IMG/VR virus record: IMGVR_UViG_3300023237_000017
Span: 1-47,056 of that record
Direction: 5' to 3' (one strand)
Source of the DNA: a virus
Taxonomy: Duplodnaviria; Caudoviricetes
Length of the DNA: 47,056 nucleotides
The notes beneath the pieces are model-generated. The model was given only the letters and a program-made list of their open reading frames with translations. It searched no databases and was not told where the DNA came from. Shown here piece by piece: positions 15,701 to 24,945 of the stretch. Numbering within the stretch: position 1 is the first letter of the stretch; each line of letters begins with the position of its first letter. The position numbers and the translations under genes were made by a program.

Positions 15701-18700
15701 CAGTTGTCCTTGTCTGGCCCTGTAATCAGCGCCTCATAGAGTGTCGGGTCATCGTCCTGCGTCATGGTCTTCTCGATCTGAAGCAGCTGGACACCACCCG
15801 GAATACCAAGCCCAAGACCTGCCGCCTTGCCTGTAGACTTGGCTGCACGGCCAACCATATCACCCTCGACTTCACCGCTCATAAAGAGGTCTGTTGCGAC
15901 TTCCTGCCAGCCCGTCACAGCCTTCCATGCCTCGGTGCCAAACTGCATGAACGCAGGGCCGGAGTCGTACCTGCTGATTGCCGAACTCAAGCCCGGCACG
16001 AGGCCGACAGTATTGCGGCCCATCAGCTTCAGGACGTTATCGAGATATGGATCATCGTCATCCCCGAGACCAGAGCGGATCAGGGCTTCCATGAGCGCGG
16101 CGACAATGTTCAGGATAACCATGTGCTTGACGATCGGGATCGCCTTCTTGATGCCCTGCGCCTTGGAAACCTCATTGCGGATTGTCCCGTAATAGCCTGA
16201 GACATAGCCGTACATGAAGGTCAGGTTGCGCAGGAACTCATTGCCGCCCTGCCACATGCCCTGATCCAGTTCCAGGCCCGAGCCCTGCGTCGTCGCAATC
16301 GCCCGGTCTGCCTGCGCTACGGCATCGGCATCACTATCACCGCGAGCCAGAGCGTCATGGTAGACCCCCATCCAGAGCGGGCCGGAGACAGTGTATTTTT
16401 CAATCCACGTCATCGGCAGGTAGCCGGCGCCCTGTATCCTTGCCCAACGGCTTTGGCTTGGCGACTTACGCAGCAGTTCATGGGCCTCACGGTTGAGCGT
16501 GTTCTCCCGTTCGCGCATGAATGCCGACTTCTCGGAGATGAACTTCCACGCCTTCACTGTCCCGATAGGACCGCGACCGTGGAACGCCATGACGCCAGAC
16601 AGGACTGTCTTGAACCCATATTGCGGGATGACAGTCTGGAAGTATGAAATCGGCGCCAGCAGGGCAACCTTGAGATTGTAGCCAAGGATGAAGATACCCG
16701 CATTGATCCTGAACGTGCGGAACATCCCCTCGATATGGTCTGACGTGCGCTCAGTGCCGACGACCGTGCGCTTGAGAACGGTCTCCAATACCTCAAGATA
16801 TTCCTTACCGTGCGTCTCGGTCATCACCCGGCGAAACTCTTTATTGCGCAGGATGCGAGACACTTTCTGCGCTTCTTCGCGCAAGTAGATATCATTCGTC
16901 ACCTGGTCGATGTGGCCAAGGATGACACCAAGGCTCAGGTTCAGCGGACGCTGCACGTTCTGGAGACGGGCCTGCAAGTGTCCCTGCTTGGTCTGGGCAT
17001 AGGTAGACATCGCGTTCATCGTATCCTTGAACATATCGTCCAGCTCGCTGCGCTTCAGATCCTCATTGACCAGCAATTCCTTGTCATAGGATATCGGGTA
17101 ATACCCGCCCTGATAGGTGCCGTGGCGCGTCACGAATGGCTTGCCGTCAACCTTGGGAGGAGCAACGCCTGTCGCGCGCTTGTGCACCGCTGAGGCTTCC
17201 GGCCAGAGCGAGTTGATCAAGTCCCATGTTTCCTGCACTGCATCCCAATGGCGCTTCTCCATGACCGGATCAATCGCAGCCATGACCGCGTTTGCGTCAC
17301 CAACAATTGTGGGATCACCGTCAATTCGCATCCGGTTGCCGTCATTGCCCATGTTCAGAGCAACGCCCAGAACCTGCTCGAACTTCACCGGCAGGGCGTC
17401 GATTTCCTTCACCGTCATGCGGTTCATCAGTTCAGACTGGGATATGCCGTGCTTCTTGAAGATGGCCGCCAGCTGGTGCGCCAGATGTTCGCGGCGCGAA
17501 TTGCGTTCAGTCAGCTTGCTGCGAAGTCCAGTTTCCAGCGCATCGATGACGTTGCCACGCTTACCGCCTTGCAGGGCTTCCACAAGGAAGGGCCAGCGAA
17601 GAATGCGGCTGTCGAGATAGCGCAGGAACTCGTCTGTCTTCTCTGGGAATGTCGGGTTCCGGCGTTCTGTCTTGGTCTTGCCGGTCCAGTTGGATTCAAC
17701 CTCACCCGCCAGACCATCCGCAAAGGCTTTGAATGCCGCACGTTCAGCTTCACTCTCCTGCCTGCCGATCGTGCTCAGGCTTTTGACGCCATCACGGAAC
17801 TCGCGCAGCTGGGCCATCGTCATCGAGACGCGCTCAGGCATCGGGGTTCCGAGCACGACCGCGCTTGGCAGCACGATAGCCCGGCCCTCAGCGGCCTCCT
17901 GTGCAGCAAATGCCGCAATCTCAGCCATCGAGCCTTGCTGGTTATCCGCGCCCGGCAATGCCATGAGTGCGCGGATCTGGGCGATATAGTCGGTGTTGAC
18001 CTTCTTCGCGTCGATCTTCCGGTGCGCCGCAAAGCGGGCAAGGAACCGATTGATCGTCGCTATCTCGGCTTGCGCCTTGTAGGCCCTGCGAGCCAACTCA
18101 TGCTGCAACATGGCCTGATGGGTATATCTGAGCGCATCATCCCACTTTTGCGCAGCAGCGGACCTTATGGCGCGCTTATGGAGGTCTCTGGCTTTCAGGG
18201 CATAGGTGCCGGGGCGAACGACTTCCTTGATAGGCGTGTTGTCGATCATGTTCTGGGCGCGGGCGCGGATGACACCCAGAGGAATAGGCCGCTTGGCTGC
18301 CTGCTCTGCCAGTGCATCGCGCTCAGCTTCGAGCATCTTGATGTTCGGCTCGTTGAACACGGCCTCGATTGCTTCCATCTCGGCGCTGCCATCGGTCAGC
18401 AAGTCGCCATAGAGGTCATCCAACTCGCGCTTGGTCTCGGCCTTGATCAAGGCTTCGGCTGGCTTGGCGCCCTTCATGGCATCGACCAGTTCCTGCCCTG
18501 TCGCAAACCCGTAATCAGGCGCGAGCATGTCTGCCTCAGTGCCGACTGCCAGACCGGGATGCTCAGCAATGGCGCGGTAAATGTTTGCGCCTTCCACATC
18601 TGCCCTGACTTCGGCCTCGATACGGGCCTCATCTGCCTTGTAGGCTGCACGTTCACGGCGCTTGATGGCGTCCATGTGCTTGCGGAACAGCTTCTCCTTG

Positions 18701-21700
18701 GCCACGTCTCCGGCCTTCTGGGCGAAGTCCTTGTACTTCTCGACCAGTTCAGGTGACATGATGCCAGCCATCGCGCGGGTCAGGACAGAGCCATACTCGC
18801 TGCGAGCCGCCTCGATCTCCTCATCCGTCGCCAGCATCCGGTCAAACATGTCGCGGGCTTCGTCATTCAGGTTCGGCAGCTTGCCACGCAGGCGGCTGTA
18901 GACCTCAGTGAACCATGCCTTGAATGTGCGGAACACGCCTTTCATCTCGGCGCTTGGGGCGTTGCCTTCCATCAGGTACGCCTCGAACGCTTCGGCAAAT
19001 GCCTCATGCTGGGTGCGGGTCAGGGATTGGCCCGGCTCCAGGTTCAGGAACTTGCGGATCGCAGCCATGCGCTTGGCGACGTTCTCATTCTCGCTTTCGA
19101 GCGCAGCGTACAATTCGAGGAAGATGTGCGCACTCTCGTGCATGAAGCTGGTCTTGTCTGCCGCTTTGGTGAGACGGACGACGACTTCACGGTCAGAGAG
19201 GATTTGCGCACCGGGCAGGCCATGCAGGGCGCCGGGGATGAGGACTTCAGCGCGAGACTTCTTGGAGTTATTTGTCTTGCGGGGTTGGCCTAGGGTTTCT
19301 TGGCTGGTGGTGTTGCCGGCGTCCGGCGCAGCCAAAGAAGGGCCGTACGTTTCGCGTTTCGGTTTGCCCAGCAACTCGTCCTGGAACAACGACTCGCCAT
19401 CATCAAGAATTGCAATATCGTCAGCGCTGAAAACAACATAGTTCTTATCGCCAGACTTCAGCGTAGCATCATCGGCCAAGACACCCTTGACACCGATATC
19501 CAGAAAGAACTCTGACGCGGCCTTCTTTGACCCGAGAATTGCGGCAGTAATGTCATAAATGATGCCGCCCGAAGTCTCATCTGCGGGAGAGTCAAACTCC
19601 CTCATCTCCAGAAGGCGATCTAGCTGTTCCTTCGTTGCGTAATCAGAAATGTCATCTAGATTGTTTTCCCCCGAAAGGTACGCCTCAACTTGCGCTTGCG
19701 GGTCTACACTGTAGGGAACGTCCTCGCTCTCATTCAGTTCATCGATTATCGCCTCAATCTTGCCGTCAGTATCGAGCGCATAAATCACGTCAGTCATTGA
19801 GAATGGCTGATCATTCAAATCGCCTTCCCACTTTATCAGATACTCATCATTTGGGATGGACGCCTTGATGACGCGCCCCTTCGCCGTAATGTACTCTTGC
19901 GCTACGCTCTTGCTGTTTGTGAAGTAGAAGCCCCAGCCAAATTTCTGATTGCCGTCAGCACTCCCGATTTCAGACGAGTCAAACTTGTCAAATGCAGCAT
20001 CTGTCCCATGGTACGCCGTCTGGTGTAACGACTCGCCCATATGCTCAGACATGCGGTCGCGGATCGCCTCCAGCACTGTGTCAACATCGGACACGCCAGC
20101 GTCGATCTCATCCATCGCAAGGTTGGTGTAGTGCTCTAGCAGGCCTTGGAACGGCGCACCGTCAATGCCTAGATCATTCGCTATTGAGCGGACGCCGACT
20201 TCGAGCGCGCGAGCATCTTCTTGAGCGCCGGATGGAGCGCCGACAGGTTCAGCCTCTCGCCTTTCAAAAGTTCTGAGCTGCTGGATGAAGAAGTCTTCGC
20301 CTTGGGGGCTTGCGACGGCTGGCTGGTCTGAGACGTAGGACTTGCCTGCTGGCCTTGCGCCTCCGGCACCGACGAGAGTGAACCCATATCCTGTGTCGTC
20401 GTCGGCATAGGCGTTTTCATTCTCGTCAATCCTCGTTACAAAGTCTTTCCAGAATGCGCGCTCTTCTGCCGTCTGAGCAGGGAAGTGAACGGGCATCTCC
20501 GTGTATTGCTCAGATATAGCATAAAGGCGCTCAAGAAGCGATATCTGATCTTGCTCTGACAGGGTTGCCACATCCAGACGCTCACCAAACCGCGCCTCAT
20601 TCGGGGCAGCATACACCTCCATCGACATTGCAGCATTCGTGCCGGGCTTGTCCATGAACTGAACAAAGAACGCTTCAGAGCCGATCTTGAACCCGTAGCG
20701 GCGCGAGCTATCTCCGCCGCCTTCCACGTTCTCGATCAGGGCTTCATTCTCAAGGAAGTCATTGGCGTCGAATGTGCCGGACTGGTTTAGGGTTGCTCCG
20801 CCTGTTCCCTGGCCATCTCCTGTACCGCCTCGGCTATCTCCCACATCTCGTCCGTCCATTCCTCCTGCGGAGGTATCTTGTACGGCATCGGGGCCGATTT
20901 CTTCGGCGTGGACGGCGTGGTATCCTTGCCACTTGTTGCCATCGACATCGGTGCCGGATCGTCCTTTGACGCTTTCGGTTTCGGTATAGTCGCCAAGGGT
21001 CTCTCCATCTTTCAGGACAACAAAGTGCCGGGTTTCCGGGATGATCGGTGCGCCCGATATCTCGCCATCACGGTTCGTCACACCACCAATAATCGTTGAG
21101 ATGCGGTGGTTAGTATAACCTTCAAAGGCCGTTTTGGACAGGATGAAGTTATAGAGCTTGTCCTGCCCCTTGCCCGATCCGCTGAATGAAATAGCTGACG
21201 GCTGCTCAAGCGCCACCCAATGCCGCAGAACAAGAATGCCTCGCGCGAAAAACTCCTGCGCTTCCTTGCTCTTGGCGCGGATCTCTTTTGCTATGGCCTC
21301 ACGCTCAGCCTGCTGCTCGGGCGTCATGTTATCTGGCTTGGGTCCAAGCTTCAATTTGTCGGTGCCCAGCGTCCCCTTAAGGAACAGCGTTGCAGTAGCC
21401 TTGCCATTCACGTCCACGAACAGGCTGACGTTCGCATCCTCACGCTCAAGCGAGTCATTTGTCTTGAAGTGAAGGTTTACCGATCGCGCGCCGTTGCCCA
21501 TCTCCTGGCTGATCTCGCGGACGTTCTCAACGTACCAAGCGCCTGTCTCCTCGACCGAGGCATTCAGCATTTCGGTCACAGGGTTCTGGAACAGCGGTGT
21601 TCCCCCTGCGTTCCTGATCTTTACGCGTTCTTGAGACAGCATCGAGTCAACGCTGCCAGCCGTGGTCTGTGTTCCGAATATCGCCCGAATGCGCTCAGCG

Positions 21701-24700
21701 ATGGCGTCAGACTTGAGCTTCTTCTTCTTCAGTTCCACGGCCTTGGCGCGGATCGCACCGGATCGACCGCCATTCATCATGGAGATATCGACGCCCTTTT
21801 TGCGGGCGCGGCTGAAGATGACCCGCAATTGCTCTGGGCTGACCTCCATTTCGTCTTCGATCTCAGGACGGGTCCAGCCATTGAAGTGCATCTCAATGGC
21901 TTTATTCTCCTGATCTGTCAGGTCAGGGTTGCTGTACGCCTCATAGGTGATCTTGCGCTCTGGTTGGGCAAGAATGTTTGAGCTGTCAGACTGGTCTGGG
22001 TCAAAGGCTGCGTTGACGGAGCGGATGTTCTTGGGGTCGAAGATGAACACCTCAGCGTCGCCAGTTACCTGAGATCTACCAGAGCGGCCAGTGTACCCAG
22101 CTACGCTCAGAAGCGCATTCTTTCCGTCATTGGTCTCCGCCGCATTGGCCAAGACCTTCCGGTACGATCTTGGGAACGCCCCCTCACCCTCGAATGCTGA
22201 CGAAAGCCTCTTTTTTCCTGCATTGTCAGCAGCATTGAATATAGCCTTATATTCCTCGTCAGTCATCACCCCAGATGACTCGTCTGGGTACACCATCCCC
22301 CTGACATTAACCGGCATCACAGCCCCACCCGCGCCAGGCTCTGAAGATATTGTTCGAGAACTCTCGCTTGCGGGCCGGGCATACTTGTTTGCCACGTTCT
22401 GATCCGGCGTCAGATAAACCCCGCGTCCGCGCGTTCCGGCTTCAGACGGGGTAAATTGAGCAAAATCTCCCTCGGTCCCATGATACAAATCCATAGACGC
22501 AATATCTGGGGGAGTGTTTTTCTCTGCCTGCCATGCAGTTTTGCGCGCCATGCGAGCCTCGGTGGACATGTCCAGGCCCTTGATACGCGCGGCTTCCCAC
22601 TCAGTCGCGCCCTCAATATCGGTCCCCGCATAGCCATTCTTCTGCGCTTGCGTCAGTACCTCAGCACCCGCCTCAGCGTCAGCCTCGTCCTGCTTCGCCT
22701 TGGCTGTCTGGTATTCACTCCACGCTATGCCATCATAGTTCGCATAGACCTTCTCACCGCCAACATCGCGGGCCAGAGCATCAAGCAAGCCCTGCTCATC
22801 AGCAACGTCGAACCCAGCCTCTTGCGCAGCAAGGACCATATCGTCTGTAAATCGACCGCTCTTGTTGTTCAGGAGCCCGCGTGGCTCGCCTCCGGTAATC
22901 CGCTGGACCTCACCCGCCATATGCGTCAGTTCGCCCTCAGCGCCCTCGCCTATGCGTTCCCTGATGCCACCTTGCGCACGGATGAACTGCGACAGGGATT
23001 GCGGCTCTTTCATCGCAGGCAGGCGCTCAGACTTTGGTTGCGGCCCCTGAACGCGAAGTTTCAGCTTGTCGAATATGGTTTGCTCGTTAACGCCGTCCTC
23101 AGCAAGCCTGCGGAATACCGCGCCCCATACAGCGCCGGCAGCTTCTGCCTCTTGCGGGCTGCGGCCCGCCTCAAGCAACATCTGCTTGACCGCGCCCTCG
23201 ACCTTCTCGAACCCTTCAAGGGCCTGCGTGGCCGCATCGAAACGGGCATTCAGTTCTTCAATGTAGATATCATTGGCATCTGCTTCAGCCTGGTCACGGA
23301 ACTCGGCCATCGTCATGGCGTCCGGCTCAGTCCGCATGATGTCGGCCAACTGGTCGTATTGTGCGCGATCGGGCAGTGTCAGCAGGCGTGAGGCGTCGAT
23401 CTCGATGTCATTGCCGTTCTCGATCGCGTCCATGATCTGCTCATCATTGACTTCGAGAAGCTGCATGAGCGCGCTGAAGGCTTCCGGGTCATCCTGCTGC
23501 ATGAGGCGAATACCCTCGTCATCAAGCAGCACCGTCTCGCCTTCAGTGGAGTTTTCGACAAACTGGCGCACGGCTTCACGCTGGCGCTGGAACACGGGAG
23601 CTGCATCGACGGCATCGCGGACATTGCCCATACGCTCATGAGCGTCTTGCGCCCTTGAGCCGCGCATCTTGCCCGGCAGGGAGATTTCAATCAGCATCTG
23701 GAACAGGCCAGCAGAGGCAGCAGCAATTCCGCCCTGCTCAAGCAAGCCCGAGAAGAGTAGAGCCTCCCGGTCATAGCCCAGCGTGATGAGGTTCTGGCCG
23801 ATACCTTCACCGATCTCCTGAACAGCTTCTTGGCCTGCCTGCCAAGCAGTACGCCCCAGTGCGGCAGAAACGACCTTGCTGCGCATTCCTGCCGGAACAA
23901 TCTTCATGATCGAGTTGAGACGGACCATTTCCGAAAGCCCGGTAACGGCAGCGCCCGCAGATAGAGCGGCGGGCTGTGTTGATGGGTCAATTCCTCGAAC
24001 GCGCATGGCGTCGGCCTGTTGATCGGCGCCCATACCAAGGAACATGCCTGATGCGAGGCTGGTGCCGCCCGAAGCAACCGAGAGAAGAAATGTCGTCAGT
24101 ATCTGGCCAAGGCCACCGATGATATGATCCTCTATACCCTGATTATCCGGTGCCCACGCTTCGCCAATATCCTTGCCGGTTCCGCCAACCTGACTTGCCA
24201 CGCGACCGGGGCCAGCATAAGGCGCGACCGCATCATACAGCCTGCCCAAGTCGGAATCGCCCTGATCGGCGCGCCATTGGGCCTCAGCCTCATCCAGCTT
24301 ACGAGCGCCAGGGACGACATTCGTTCCGATCTCAACATAGGCGTTATAGAGATCGCCAAGGCCAGAGAGGCCGCTACCGATTGATTGCGGTACAGCTGCG
24401 GCAAAGGACCGGCCAAGGTCGCCCGTCTGCTTGACCGGATTTTCCAGCCATCCGTCTTTCGCCTTGTTCTCAGGCTTCGGGCCGCGATAAATTGTGGTGA
24501 GCGCATTCGATACGGCGTCTGTGATGCCAGCACCAATGGGGGCATTCTTCTTGCCCGCAATCCGCGCCTCGATCTCTGCCAGCTGTTCAAGGCTATCGCG
24601 TGACACCGCCGCAAAGCGCGGGTCCGTCAGGGACTCGGTGAGCTTGGGCGACCGGCTCAGGATAGCGCCCGTTGCCGTCTCCTGCTCTGCCGCTTTGATC

Positions 24701-24945
24701 GTATCGCGTTGACGCCATGCCGTGCCGAAGTCGATGCCCCTGCGACTGGACAGGTCGATGACCTCAGCAGCTTGGTCTGGCTGCATGTCCTGTGTGGCCC
24801 TCAGCGAGCCTTGTGCGCTTTCTGCCCGACGACGCTTAGCCTCAGCCAGCAGGTCATCTGGCGTCATCATCGGCGCCTGCTCAGCAGGAACCTCGCCTGT
24901 TTCACGGCGGCGCTTGGCTTCTGCGAGGAGTTCTTCAGGGGTCAT
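15700..24945 (-). CDS. Giant internal virion / ejection protein (gp16 position); polyvalent, with two ART folds, HTHs and a zincin
   Basis: 3081 aa, last of the ejection genes; YHGT..G.G(V/F)Y(L/F)T twice; sigma-r4/LuxR-like HTH; HESAH...HEAFAE. Confidence 0.85.
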   Translation of the reverse strand: MTPEELLAEAKRRRETGEVPAEQAPMMTPDDLLAEAKRRRAESAQGSLRATQDMQPDQAAEVIDLSSRRGIDFGTAWRQRDTIKAAEQETATGAILSRSPKLTESLTDPRFAAVSRDSLEQLAEIEARIAGKKNAPIGAGITDAVSNALTTIYRGPKPENKAKDGWLENPVKQTGDLGRSFAAAVPQSIGSGLSGLGDLYNAYVEIGTNVVPGARKLDEAEAQWRADQGDSDLGRLYDAVAPYAGPGRVASQVGGTGKDIGEAWAPDNQGIEDHIIGGLGQILTTFLLSVASGGTSLASGMFLGMGADQQADAMRVRGIDPSTQPAALSAGAAVTGLSEMVRLNSIMKIVPAGMRSKVVSAALGRTAWQAGQEAVQEIGEGIGQNLITLGYDREALLFSGLLEQGGIAAASAGLFQMLIEISLPGKMRGSRAQDAHERMGNVRDAVDAAPVFQRQREAVRQFVENSTEGETVLLDDEGIRLMQQDDPEAFSALMQLLEVNDEQIMDAIENGNDIEIDASRLLTLPDRAQYDQLADIMRTEPDAMTMAEFRDQAEADANDIYIEELNARFDAATQALEGFEKVEGAVKQMLLEAGRSPQEAEAAGAVWGAVFRRLAEDGVNEQTIFDKLKLRVQGPQPKSERLPAMKEPQSLSQFIRAQGGIRERIGEGAEGELTHMAGEVQRITGGEPRGLLNNKSGRFTDDMVLAAQEAGFDVADEQGLLDALARDVGGEKVYANYDGIAWSEYQTAKAKQDEADAEAGAEVLTQAQKNGYAGTDIEGATEWEAARIKGLDMSTEARMARKTAWQAEKNTPPDIASMDLYHGTEGDFAQFTPSEAGTRGRGVYLTPDQNVANKYARPASESSRTISSEPGAGGAVMPVNVRGMVYPDESSGVMTDEEYKAIFNAADNAGKKRLSSAFEGEGAFPRSYRKVLANAAETNDGKNALLSVAGYTGRSGRSQVTGDAEVFIFDPKNIRSVNAAFDPDQSDSSNILAQPERKITYEAYSNPDLTDQENKAIEMHFNGWTRPEIEDEMEVSPEQLRVIFSRARKKGVDISMMNGGRSGAIRAKAVELKKKKLKSDAIAERIRAIFGTQTTAGSVDSMLSQERVKIRNAGGTPLFQNPVTEMLNASVEETGAWYVENVREISQEMGNGARSVNLHFKTNDSLEREDANVSLFVDVNGKATATLFLKGTLGTDKLKLGPKPDNMTPEQQAEREAIAKEIRAKSKEAQEFFARGILVLRHWVALEQPSAISFSGSGKGQDKLYNFILSKTAFEGYTNHRISTIIGGVTNRDGEISGAPIIPETRHFVVLKDGETLGDYTETESVKGRSGTDVDGNKWQGYHAVHAEEIGPDAVQDTSAGGMDGRDVGDSRGGTGDGQGTGGATLNQSGTFDANDFLENEALIENVEGGGDSSRRYGFKIGSEAFFVQFMDKPGTNAAMSMEVYAAPNEARFGERLDVATLSEQDQISLLERLYAISEQYTEMPVHFPAQTAEERAFWKDFVTRIDENENAYADDDTGYGFTLVGAGGARPAGKSYVSDQPAVASPQGEDFFIQQLRTFERREAEPVGAPSGAQEDARALEVGVRSIANDLGIDGAPFQGLLEHYTNLAMDEIDAGVSDVDTVLEAIRDRMSEHMGESLHQTAYHGTDAAFDKFDSSEIGSADGNQKFGWGFYFTNSKSVAQEYITAKGRVIKASIPNDEYLIKWEGDLNDQPFSMTDVIYALDTDGKIEAIIDELNESEDVPYSVDPQAQVEAYLSGENNLDDISDYATKEQLDRLLEMREFDSPADETSGGIIYDITAAILGSKKAASEFFLDIGVKGVLADDATLKSGDKNYVVFSADDIAILDDGESLFQDELLGKPKRETYGPSLAAPDAGNTTSQETLGQPRKTNNSKKSRAEVLIPGALHGLPGAQILSDREVVVRLTKAADKTSFMHESAHIFLELYAALESENENVAKRMAAIRKFLNLEPGQSLTRTQHEAFAEAFEAYLMEGNAPSAEMKGVFRTFKAWFTEVYSRLRGKLPNLNDEARDMFDRMLATDEEIEAARSEYGSVLTRAMAGIMSPELVEKYKDFAQKAGDVAKEKLFRKHMDAIKRRERAAYKADEARIEAEVRADVEGANIYRAIAEHPGLAVGTEADMLAPDYGFATGQELVDAMKGAKPAEALIKAETKRELDDLYGDLLTDGSAEMEAIEAVFNEPNIKMLEAERDALAEQAAKRPIPLGVIRARAQNMIDNTPIKEVVRPGTYALKARDLHKRAIRSAAAQKWDDALRYTHQAMLQHELARRAYKAQAEIATINRFLARFAAHRKIDAKKVNTDYIAQIRALMALPGADNQQGSMAEIAAFAAQEAAEGRAIVLPSAVVLGTPMPERVSMTMAQLREFRDGVKSLSTIGRQESEAERAAFKAFADGLAGEVESNWTGKTKTERRNPTFPEKTDEFLRYLDSRILRWPFLVEALQGGKRGNVIDALETGLRSKLTERNSRREHLAHQLAAIFKKHGISQSELMNRMTVKEIDALPVKFEQVLGVALNMGNDGNRMRIDGDPTIVGDANAVMAAIDPVMEKRHWDAVQETWDLINSLWPEASAVHKRATGVAPPKVDGKPFVTRHGTYQGGYYPISYDKELLVNEDLKRSELDDMFKDTMNAMSTYAQTKQGHLQARLQNVQRPLNLSLGVILGHIDQVTNDIYLREEAQKVSRILRNKEFRRVMTETHGKEYLEVLETVLKRTVVGTERTSDHIEGMFRTFRINAGIFILGYNLKVALLAPISYFQTVIPQYGFKTVLSGVMAFHGRGPIGTVKAWKFISEKSAFMRERENTLNREAHELLRKSPSQSRWARIQGAGYLPMTWIEKYTVSGPLWMGVYHDALARGDSDADAVAQADRAIATTQGSGLELDQGMWQGGNEFLRNLTFMYGYVSGYYGTIRNEVSKAQGIKKAIPIVKHMVILNIVAALMEALIRSGLGDDDDPYLDNVLKLMGRNTVGLVPGLSSAISRYDSGPAFMQFGTEAWKAVTGWQEVATDLFMSGEVEGDMVGRAAKSTGKAAGLGLGIPGGVQLLQIEKTMTQDDDPTLYEALITGPDKDN

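Noticed and set aside
17248-18756. 502-aa + strand ORF, and similar ones at 22456, 25884 and 32188
   Set aside because: Antisense shadows of well-supported minus-strand genes
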